Positions 25,421-35,399 of a stretch of DNA of 64,000 bases are shown here, one piece after another. Below the pieces are notes generated by a model, which did not search any database, was not told the DNA's origin, and was given only the letters and a program-made list of their open reading frames with translations. A program made the position numbers and the translations under genes. The first letter of the stretch is position 1. Each line of letters starts with the position of its first letter. Origin of the DNA: Mobula hypostoma (Eukaryota); the NCBI RefSeq assembly GCF_963921235.1, contig NC_086097.1, positions 50,098,001 to 50,162,000 of the forward strand. The letters are read 5' to 3'.

Positions 25421-26015
25421 GTGAGGTGAGGTGAGGGCTGCCGTTGGTCAGAGTTAACCATGTATATAGTATCCAAGCTGTCCAGATATGCAAGCCTGGG
25501 CAGTACGATATGGAGAGCAAGCTGTTGCCCATGTAGCAAGCTCCCCCTCTCCACACATCTGATGAACCTAAAGGAACGGCAGAGACCAATCGAGTCTGGT
25601 ACCAGCAGCATTGCAGCAGTTGCCAGTAAGCATTGAACACAATGTAGGGCTGCCTTGGGGATTCCAGCTCCAGATTTTTCCCTTGGGAGTCTACTCCGGG
25701 AGTCTACTCCGGAAGCCTTCCCCATGAGTGTGTAAAGCCGCAAGGTAGTGGAGGTTTGAGATCAGTGTTTTCCTTCTCCTCTATAAGCTGACAACCACAG
25801 CTGACAAGCCCCATCTGCCCGGTGACTGGTTTTAAGGCGCTAGTAACCTACCTTTTCCCCTTCTCCTGTCTGTAGAAACAGTTCCGCCGGGCTTAGTAGC
25901 TAAGCCACACATGAAGGCCAGGAGCAGGATTTGATTATTAGAGGCTAAAATTGAGGTGCCCACCATTGGGAGTATCTAATAACTTGTCCGGTTACCACCC
26001 CTGACTATCATAACC
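25421..26015 (-). mobile_element. Non-autonomous RTE-like retroelement (~600 bp) inserted in a CR1 3' fragment (~25090-26110)
   Basis: Minus-strand GGAGAAGGAAAACACTGATCTCAAACC motif recalled from RTE 5' regions; (cctca)n tail; second copy at 1-175. Confidence 0.65.
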
Positions 26016-26179
26016 TTAATGTAAGTGCTAAACAAGGACAAATGGGACTTGCTTAAGTGGGCACTCTGCGTTTGGCTGAAGAGCCTGTTTCCATGCTGTT
26101 TTACTTTATGACCCGTTCAAACGATGGCTCATGACTTTGATGTTAGCAAGACATCAGCTGGGTTAGGCCATATAGTGTC

Positions 26180-26415
26180 CATGGGTGCGTGGTAGCATAG
26201 CATACAGTGCCAGTGACTTGGGTTCAATTTTTCCACTGTCTGCAAAGAGTTTGTACATTCTCTCCCTGACTGTGTGGATTTCTTCTGGGTGCCCTAGTTT
26301 CCTCCCACATTCCAAAGATGTACCGGTTAGTAGGTTAAGTGATCACGGGTGTAATTGGGCTCCATGGACTCATTAGGCTGAAACAGTCTACTACTATGCT
26401 GTGCCTCTAAGTAAA
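26180..26415 (+). mobile_element. tRNA-derived SINE
   Basis: A-box-like tggtagcatagc, B-box-like ggttcaattt, and core gtttcctcccacattccaaagatgta. Confidence 0.8.
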
Positions 26416-26989
26416 TAATTAATTAGGTATCTATTTAGTGGGATGATATCTGATCTTCAGTATTACTCCATGCACCCAATGCCCCAATTTCTTAATGGTT
26501 TAGGTTATCAAAATTCTATCCACATCAGCTTTGCAATTACCAGTTGTTTCACCATTTGCCTTGTGCTAAAAGGTGTTGGAAACGTTAACTATATTTCACT
26601 TGTACAAGTGTTTCTTAGCTTCTGAATGCTTTGCCTTTACTTCTTTGTATTATACCTTTATCCACCCTATCAACTTCCCTTAATGTCTTGAAAGCTTTGA
26701 TCAAATTATGGTCTTTATTTCAATCATTGTTGAGATCCAGTGAAATCCTGATTTGCGCAACATATCTCTGTAGTTTAACCTTTGAAGACTTAATAAATAA
26801 ACACTATTCCCTTCAAGGTCATTATATCCTTCCTGTGCTTTGGTGCCCAGGCTACTCATAGTACAGATGTTAATGGCCTAATCTGCAAAAGAATTTGCTT
26901 TGTTGATTATTTTTGTATGTATCTGAGAGATTTTATTCACCTATATTCATGGATGCCTAATTATCTTTCGATCACCATTGTTCTAGCAT

Positions 26990-28058
26990 TTAGAACATTA
27001 AAGAGTACAGCATAGGAACAGGCCATGTGGCACATTCTGTTGTGCCGAGCCAGCTAAAAAGCAAATCAAATACACCCAAACACTAATCCCTCCTACCTAC
27101 ACCATGTCCATATCCCTCCATCTTCCTTATATCCATGTGCCTATCCAAGCATCTCTTAAAAGCTTCTAATGTATTCGCCTTTACCAACATACTAGGCAAT
27201 TCATTCCAGACATCCACGACTGAGTAAAAAAACTTAGACCTCACATCCACCTTGAACCTACCCCCTGTCACCTTCAATGCATGCCCAATGGTATTAGCCA
27301 TTTCAATCCTGGGAAACAGATACTCTCAGTCCACTCTATGCCTCTCATAATCTTGTAAACCTCTATTAGATCTCACCTCAGCCTCTGACACTCTAGAGAA
27401 AACAATCCAGGTTTATCCGGCCTCTTGTGATAGCGCATACCCTCTAAACCAGACATCATTCTGGTAAACCTCTTCTGCACCCTCCCCAAAGCCTTAACAT
27501 CCTTCTTATTGTGGGGTGACCATAACTGTATGTAATATTCCAGATGTGTCATAACCAGAGTTTTATAAAGTTACAACATAACCCCCTGACTTTTAAACTC
27601 AAAAGCAAGCATTCCTTAAGCTTTCCTAACATCTTATCGACCTGTGCAGCTACTTTCAAGGAGCAAAGAAGTTGGATCACTGGTCAGCAGCACTTTTTAC
27701 TGAACATCTGGTTTTACATTCCATGTTTTACCTTCTCTCATACTTAGACATTTTGCAGCAGGGGACTCTTTCAGAACATGTTTAATAAATATCCCATCCT
27801 TTTCTCCACCTCCAACAATGACCCTGCCCTTAACAGTGTACTGTCTCCTTGCATTTGCCCTCCCAAGGTGCAACACTTCACATTTGTCTGGGTTAAAATC
27901 CATCTGCCATTTCTCAGCCCATATCTGCAACTGATCTATATCGTGCTGTATTCTTTGCCAGTCTTCTACACCATCCACAACCCCACCGATCTTGGTATCA
28001 TTCGCGAATTTACTAACCCACCCATCTACATTTTCATCCAGCCCATTTATACACATTA
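26990..28058 (-). mobile_element. CR1 3' portion containing the captured AHNAK2 exon fragment
   Basis: ORF 27697-28056 (WVSKFANDTKIGG...KWQMDFNPDKCEVLHLG); CR1 sequence resumes after ~27665 (SLKVAAQVD) and runs to the tail near 26990. Confidence 0.9.
27691..27820 (-). pseudogene. Partial duplicate of the AHNAK2 PDZ exon 3' half plus its donor and ~40 nt of intron, embedded in a CR1
   Basis: Aligns by eye with 28527-28655 at about 90% identity; encodes GGEKDGIFIKHVLKESPAAKCLSMREG. Confidence 0.92.
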
Positions 28059-28566
28059 TAAATAAACCTTATTTTATATGTAAAATAAAGAAATCTTTTA
28101 ATGATAAAACTTATATTACTATTATTAAAACTGTTTTCTGTACATCCATATTTCTAATGTTCCCCTGTCCATAATTTCACAATAACTGATGTTGGATTGG
28201 CTGGTTGAAACAACAGATTTCACAATCATACTTGAGAATGATTCTAACTCTGAAAAGTGCCGTGGCAGAAGCCGTCAATGGTACCACCCATTTTGAATAG
28301 TGGGATGCATTGATGTTGATGTTTACTTAGGGTGAATTTTTCAGAGCTGGGAGTGTACACACGGTTTTCCAGCAGAAGGTGAACTTTGTATCTGGAGCCA
28401 ATGGCAAACTGGTTGAATAACCCTGAAAGAAATTAAACTTTTCTGTACTGCACATCTAAATACTAATATGTAGTCCATAAACTGTTGGAAGAACACTTGG
28501 GTTCTTCTGGTGGTGAACGTTAATAACATTTTTACTAAACGGCTGGTTTTACATTCCATATTTTAC

Positions 28567-28723
28567 CTTCTCTCATGCTTAGACGTTTTGCAGCAGGGGA
28601 CTCTTTCAGAACGTGCTTAATAAATATCCCATCCTTTTCTCCACCTCTAACACTGAAGCCACTTGCACCTTTTTCAACATCTGTGTTCACAACCACTTCC
28701 ACAATATCCTCTTGTTTTACTTC
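28567..28723 (-). CDS. AHNAK2: AHNAK2 PDZ domain, first half: EVKQEDIVEVVVNTDVEKGASGFSVRGGEKDGIFIKHVLKESPAAKRLSMRE(G)
   Basis: Acceptor tttcttctag and donor gtaaaa; 157 nt, phase 0 to 1; AHNAK/periaxin-type PDZ motifs GASGFSV.GG..GIF and SPAAK.LS..EG. Confidence 0.95.
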
Positions 28724-28854
28724 CTAGAAGAAATGCAAAGTAATTTAAATGCCTGTAAATGGTGTGGCAATTATTTTCATTAATTCTATTCCATTTGTCT
28801 TCAGATGAAACACGTGCTTTGAAAATTGTAGACAGTAAAAATAAATGAACCTAC

Positions 28855-28962
28855 CCCCTTGTCACTCATGTTTGCAGGAAATAGTTTTTTTGACAACTGT
28901 TCTAATCCTTGCTTATGGTCTGTAATGTTAGTAGATGACTTGGTTGGTGTTTCCTCCAGCAC
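28855..28962 (-). CDS. AHNAK2: AHNAK2 coding exon: VLEETPTKSSTNITDHKQGLEQLSKKLFPANMSDKG
   Basis: Acceptor ttgtgcag and donor gtaggt; 108 nt, phase 0-0, open frame; a 131-bp intron separates it from the PDZ exon. Confidence 0.82.
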
Positions 28963-29654
28963 CTGCACAAGAGAATTCAGTAAATAATTGAAATAATAAG
29001 ATGCTGTTCCACCTGCTCAATGGTTACGTGATGTTATGTCATGCTTAAATTTAGAGAAGATCCGCTGTTCAGTTTTTGAATCTAGACAAGACTTTTATAC
29101 ATTATGCAGACCATTTTTGAGTTATTTTCAAAACCTTTGATTTGTTGTAAAACTATAGGTGGCAGCTAATAATATATTTTATTATATGATAAAGGTTTTT
29201 TTCTCCCTTTTTTCTTGCTTTTCCTAACAGCTCTAACTTTGGTAGTGGGTTTAGATTTTTTTTCAATATAACAAAATTATTATTTCAATATTACAATTTA
29301 ATTTAATTTCTATGAATACAGGGTTTTGTGATTGTAACTGTATTTTTAATACAATGTATTTGGTACTATTTTATTTTTTTTCTTTTGACTTATATATTTT
29401 CTTGTACTCTGTATTCTTCTATGCAGAAACCAATAAAAAATATTGAAAGAGAAATAATAGGGCATCTTGAAGCATTTGACCAGGATGTGTTAAAACCTAT
29501 ATGTTAAGAAGTCTTATCATAATGGTTTTCTTACTCTAACGACACTTCAATTTTTAGTTAGCATGAGTGGTTTGCATTAACTTAAATTGCCCTGCATTCA
29601 GGGAAAAACACAAATTATCTGTATATTCATTCTACATTATTAACTTTTATGTAT

Positions 29655-30531
29655 TGTCACGTGACCAGCAACAATGAATATAGAATTGAGTCAGGTTTTA
29701 TAAACAAATAAGCATTTATTAAACTCAGCTCAAAATTAGTAAAAAGATAAACGAACGAAAACCTTAACCGGAAGTAAACTGCTATGCGGCCATTTAACAA
29801 ACCGCTAAACTCAGTACTAGTTCTTAAAGCAATAAATGCGAACTCAGTATTAAAGTGGTAAATTCCAAAACAGTTCTCCGAATGGTAAATTTGAAAGTCC
29901 AAGAGACTTATACAGTCAATTAGGAGAGACTTTCCTGAAGTAAAGAATTCCTCGAAGACATGACGTTACTGTCGATCCCAGCCAGAACCTGCCTTGTCCG
30001 CAGGATTCACAACGACGGAAATAAAAAGCGGTTTAAAGGCACTGACCTTTTTCCTCCGTAGACTAGATTAGATACTGCACAACCTATTCTGCTTTTTTTT
30101 TAGCAGAGGTTATCTCATGCAGATCACTCTTTCTTGAACGAATTCAATAAGGGTTGATCCTCTCCAAAAAACCATCGAATGACTCCTTCAGGTTCCCGTC
30201 TTCACTCTCCAATATTACTGAAAAGGTACATCAACAAATCTGGCAGCTATTGGTGAAACTGCTGGCCCAACACTTCTGTACCTTACAACAGACAGTAAAA
30301 CTCCGTCTTAAAATTAAACTGCGTCATAAGACTAATACGCAGTGTAGCGGAGTATCTGACTAACGATCTAACTGAAATCTAACTGCGTCACCAGGGGTCT
30401 ACACTTATATACCTGGTGAGAACAGGTCATCACGTGACCTCACATCAGCGGGAAAATTACATCATGTGACCTCCGCAAGACCATTACATCATCCTCATAA
30501 GACGGTCACAAGATATCCATGAAGTATGTAA
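29655..30531 (-). mobile_element. Probable solo LTR
   Basis: Minus strand has TATATAA (~30404-30410) and AATAAA (~29716) and ends ...GTGACA; the other end is eroded and no TSD is clear. Confidence 0.6.
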
Positions 30532-30989
30532 TCTTCAACAGATTAATAAACTTAAATAACCACTATGTGTCAACTGTGTTAATATTTCTACATCTAAGAA
30601 ACTTGTTCAAGCTCAATTCCAAACTCTTGATCAAATTTTTTAATGTAGTACTAGGGAATGAGCATTATGAAAGTTGTTGTTTCTCTGTGGAGCACATTTT
30701 CTTTACTGCTAAGATCCTATATTACCTTTGAAGAACACATTTTTTAATGCTAAGATCTTATATTCCCTCTGAAATGGTCATAAAAATGCTTATGACATAT
30801 TGTAGACCATCAACCAGTTTCTAAAATATATTATACGATAATAAATTCAGCTATAGAATTTTATTATAACTGCCATGTTTACATTCACAATTTGATTGCA
30901 GAAGTTTCATGCTTTGTAAGGTTCTTGTATCATAAATATATTTAATCAATTGGTCTATTATTCTATCTCTTCTACATTCTTTCATTCTG

Positions 30990-31350
30990 ACATTCTCCCT
31001 TGCCCCTCTTCCATCAGGCAGAAGATATATAAAAGCTTGAAAGCATGTACCACCGGGCTCAAGGTGAGCTTCTGCCCCACTGGTATAAGACTATTAAATG
31101 GTTCCCTAGTACAATAAGATAGGCTCTTGACCTCACAATCTACCTTCTATTACCTTGCATTTTATGGTTTAGCTGCACTGCACTTTCTCTCTAGCTGTTA
31201 CTATATTATGTATTCTGTTATTGTTTTACTTTGTTCTACCTCCTGCATGGTGAAATGATTTGATCCATATGAACACTATGCAAGATAGCTTTCCACTGTA
31301 TCTTGGTACATGTGACAATAATCAGAATTAGGTTTATTATCACCGGCATG
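30990..31350 (+). mobile_element. Rex1-type 3' end fragment
   Basis: LPSGRRY..LKA.T..L..SF-like remnant and 3' UTR ending gtgacaataa. Confidence 0.65.
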
Positions 31351-31498
31351 TGTCGTGAATAATAAGCCATTTCCAATTTAAAATTCTCCAGAGCCTTATA
31401 GCATATGAGGCAATTCATTTTCTCCTGTGCTGTCAGTCTAGTGCACAATTTATTGTTCTTTCAATGGGTACAGTAATGGTATAGTGGATGCCATTAAT

Positions 31499-32165
31499 GG
31501 AGGAGAAGATGGCGGCGTGACACAATGCACAGCGGCCACTCCGATGAATGATATCTGTTATCTGTCAAGAAGGGTGCTGTGCACAATTCTGATTTGATGG
31601 AGACAGACGTGATAGCATGGAGGAACATCTGGAGAAACTTCTGAAATGCCTGTTTCACTGCTGCTGCTACTGTGTGATCCAGAATCTCCGGAGGAGAAGG
31701 CCCGGAATCCTCAGCTTTGCTTGTTGCTCGGCAGCCGGGATGGGGTCGAGGCGCTCGGCAGAGATGGTGCTCGGTGTCAAAAGGCTGGTCGGAGGCTAGA
31801 AGTTTTCGGACGGACTCAGAGTCGGCTGTGGTTGGGTGCTTCCAATGCATCGGCAGTTGTTGGCGCCTGGAGGTTTACAGCAGGGAGAATTTCTCCCTTT
31901 TGCCGCCTGCTATCGGGACTATCAGGAGTCGATCGGAACTTTGAGAATGTTTTTACCATGCCTATGGTCTGCTCTTTATCAAATTATGGTATTGCTTTGC
32001 ACTGCTATAACTATATGTTATAACTATGTGGTCTTATCAGTGTTAGTCTTTGGTTTGTCCTGTTTTTTTTGTGATATCACTCTGGAGGAACACTATCATT
32101 TCTTAATGCATGCATTTCTAAATGACAATAAACAAGAACTGAGTATCCTTATAATCTAATCTAAT
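31499..32165 (+). mobile_element. ~660-bp non-autonomous retroelement: 5' GGAGGAGAAGATGGCG, 3' AATAAA plus (atcta)n tail
   Basis: A full-length inverted copy lies at 50210-50866. Confidence 0.8.
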
Positions 32166-32479
32166 ACTAGAATTCAAATTCCATTGTGGCAGCTATGGAA
32201 TTTAATACTTGAAATGTGAATGGAAAAAGTGTACCTACTTTATAAAGATGACTATTGTAATACAATACCCATCAATATTACAATCCCTGGGTATGTTTTG
32301 GCCTACCATCAGAACAAACCCTGTAGAGGTAACAGCCCAATGAAAAGTAGGTATGAGGGAGTAGCTCTTGGATTCGACCCTCGAATATTAATACCATCAG
32401 GACGAACATGGGCAAGGAAACCTCCTCCTCATTAACATCCCTCTCAGATGATTAATCATTGCTCCCCCCTGTTGAACAA

Positions 32480-33145
32480 CACAAAAAACTTGTGCAGGAT
32501 TCACTAAAGGTTAATTTGCAGGTTGAGTCAGTGATGAGGAAGGCAAATGTGATGTCAGCATTCATATCAAAAAGTCTAGAATATAAAAGCAAAGATGTAA
32601 TGTTGAGGCTTTAAAAGGCATTAGTGAGGCCTTACTTGGAGTATTGTGAGCAATTTTGGGCCCCTTATCTAAGAAAAGGTCTGCTGACATTGGAGAAGGC
32701 TCAAAGGAGATTTGTGAAAATGATTCTGGGATTGAAACGCTTATCATATGTACTCACTGAAATTCAGAAGAATGAAGGGGGATCTGATTGAAACCAATAG
32801 AATATTGAAAGGCCTTGATAGAGCGGATGTGGAGTGGATGTTTCCTATGGTAGGGAATCTAAGAACAGAGGATGCAGCCTCAGAATAGAGGGATGTCCGT
32901 TTAGAACAGAGATGAGAAGGAATTTCTTTAGCCAGAGAGTGGTGAATTTGTGGAATTCAATGCCACAGGTTGCTGTGGAGGCCAAGTCAATGGGTATATT
33001 TCAGACAGAGGTTGATAGATTATTGATTAATCAGGACATGAACGATTGGGGCTGAGAGGGAAATGGATCAGCCATGATGAAATGGCAGAGCAGACTCGAT
33101 GGGCCAAATGGCCAAATTCTGCTGCTATATCTTATGGTCTTAAAC
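32480..33145 (+). mobile_element. CR1 3' fragment
   Basis: SLRIEGCPFRTEMRRNFFSQRVVNLWNS; CR1 tail. Confidence 0.85.
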
Positions 33146-33323
33146 TTATATGTCTTTTAGAATCTGGAACGTATTGTATAGATAATAAAACACTTTCAAA
33201 GCATAATTTTCTAAAAGGAATTGAATAAATACTTAAAAGGGAAGAATTGCAGGGCTGTTGGGAAAACAAAAAGCATGGGGTTGGTTAGGCTCTCGAAGCT
33301 GTGACATGCACAACAGGCTTAAT

Positions 33324-33325
<2 letters not shown>

Positions 33326-33394
<69 letters not shown>

Positions 33395-33481
33395 GTCTCT
33401 GTCTCTCTCTCTCTTTCTCTCTTTCTCTCTCTCTCTCTCTGTATCTCTCTGTCTCTCTCTGTCTCTCTCTGTCTCTCTCTC

Positions 33482-33513
<32 letters not shown>
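33326..33513. repeat. (CT)n/(CTGT) compound microsatellite
   Basis: Seen directly. Confidence 0.98.
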
Positions 33514-33514
<1 letters not shown>

Positions 33515-34025
33515 TTTATAGGAGAGGCATATTAATCCAGTATGCACCTTCATACAGCTTTGAACCAATAAAAATTAACGAATCAAAAAGAAATCTGAGT
33601 AATATAGCTGCTGTTGACTCCTGTGTTTTAGTTCAGATGAACTGTGGTGGCATTTGCTGTCAGCCCAGTACAATCCTCGCTGATTTGATATGACACAAAC
33701 ACCACTTTTCAATGTATATGTGACAAATAAAGCTAAAGCTATTCTTTATTTTTTCTTTTCTTGAGGGGACAAACTTTTTAGTCCCCTGAGTATGTTAAAA
33801 GTATTTTCTGTACATAATTATTCACATTAATGTGCACACCAGAATCTCACTGCAAAATAATCTGTGAATCTATTTTTTCTGGGTAGATTCCATAATCTGA
33901 TATTTTCAAAACAATTTGTTGTCCATAGAAACAACGTGATTGAATACGTCGGCAGATAGTCTTCAATTTTATTCAGATTACAGATTATCCAATTTTAATT
34001 TATTTCATCTTCATTATTTACATAC

Positions 34026-34130
34026 GTTTTTGTCCTTGTATTCTTCAGTCAATGTGTAGTCATATACTGGTGAAGACCCTTGAGGCCTTGGTCTGACAGT
34101 CTCTACAAATTCTGCTGGCAACTCACACAC
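34026..34130 (-). CDS. AHNAK2: AHNAK2 coding exon: VCELPAEFVETVRPRPQGSSPVYDYTLTEEYKDKN
   Basis: Acceptor ttccttacag and donor gtatg; 105 nt, phase 0-0; contains RPRPQGSSPVY, which I recognise from the AHNAK2 N-terminus. Confidence 0.93.
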
Positions 34131-34452
34131 CTGTAAGGAAATAAAGTACCAATACTAAATAATCTAAAATGGAATGAATAAATGAAATGCCAGCTGCCCT
34201 CAATAAATAAACATTGTTACACATCATGCAATTGTGATAGTGCAAACAAAATCTTGAAATGATGTAGATTATGAATAACTGAAGCTTTTTATATTCTTCC
34301 ACCTATCACTTACAGGACAGGCAGCAATGAATTGTCAAGGTTATAAGGAAATGGTGTACATGATTTCTGGAAAGGTGTTAAATATTCAACAAAATAACAG
34401 GGTCTGAAATTAGCATTAAAAAACCAAATTGTTTTACCTATGTTTTAGTACG

Positions 34453-34760
34453 GGATGGCACGGTGGCATAGCTAATAGAATAGCTGCCTTATTCCAGGAT
34501 TCAGTTCTGACTTCTGCTGCTGCTCACGTATATTTTGCATGTTCTCCCTGAGACCTTGTGGGTTTCCTCCCACAGCCCCCAAAAACAGGCCAGTGAGTTA
34601 ATTGGCTACTGTCAATTATCCTCAGTGTAAATGTATTGTAGGAGACTCACAGTAATTAATAGGTATGTAAGAAAAATGGGTTACAGAAAAATAAAAGGAG
34701 GAAGGGTTTGTCTGAGAGCTGGTGTTTACTAATGGGCTAAAGAGCTCTCTTCTGTCATAA
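34453..34760 (+). mobile_element. tRNA-derived SINE
   Basis: Head ggcacggtggcatagc and core gtgggtttcctcccaca. Confidence 0.7.
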
Positions 34761-35077
34761 TGAAATATGAAATGGATTGCTGGATATACTCAGAAGAGTT
34801 GGCAGCATAATGAATATTTCTGGTTGACATTTGAGTAGTTAGTTTTCTTTCAGATTTTTATGCTGTGTGGTATTTGTCATTAATATTGACATAAATTTAT
34901 ACTGTTTCAATGAATATAACTCACAATAGATATTTTAAATTTTCATTTCAAATTTTAGGATAGATTTTCTGAAACACATATTGTTCAACCTAATTAATTT
35001 GTGTAGGATACATAGTTAAAATTATAAATTATAGCTTTTAGATATCTTGCACTTTTTTTGTAAAAAGTATTACTTAC

Positions 35078-35130
35078 AGAATCATGTTCTCCAGGATCGG
35101 TCTCAGCATCTTTTAAGCACTGGACTGAGC
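35078..35130 (-). CDS. AHNAK2: AHNAK2 coding exon, probably exon 2: (G)SVQCLKDAETDPGEHDS
   Basis: Acceptor ttttttag and donor gtaagt; 53 nt, phase 1 to 0; joins the 34130 exon in frame. Weak resemblance to human AHNAK2 'GSVSG...ETEDDHS' (from memory). Confidence 0.8.
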
Positions 35131-35399
35131 CTAAAAAAGCATTAGAAAATCACAGATCTTAATATTCATGTATGGGTACTTAGTCTTGTTTCGAATATGG
35201 TTTCTACTTTCTATCTTATAAATCTAGCAGGCAAGAGCTTGTTGATTACAAAATATTGAGGCAATTTACTCCTTTTAAAAAAAACTGCTTCCAAAATACG
35301 ATTATTACAATGGCTGCTTGTTTTCACCCTCAGATCAAAGAGTTTATTTCAAGTCCAATGCTAAAATAATAAATGCATGATCGAAGGAGAGGGAAACAC

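Noticed and set aside
27697..28056. The chimeric ORF as a genuine alternative AHNAK2 exon
   Set aside because: I see no good polypyrimidine/AG acceptor upstream, and the first PDZ strands are missing; kept only as a structural finding.
33233..33693. ER-rich and SL-rich ORFs
   Set aside because: Translations of the (CT)n microsatellite.
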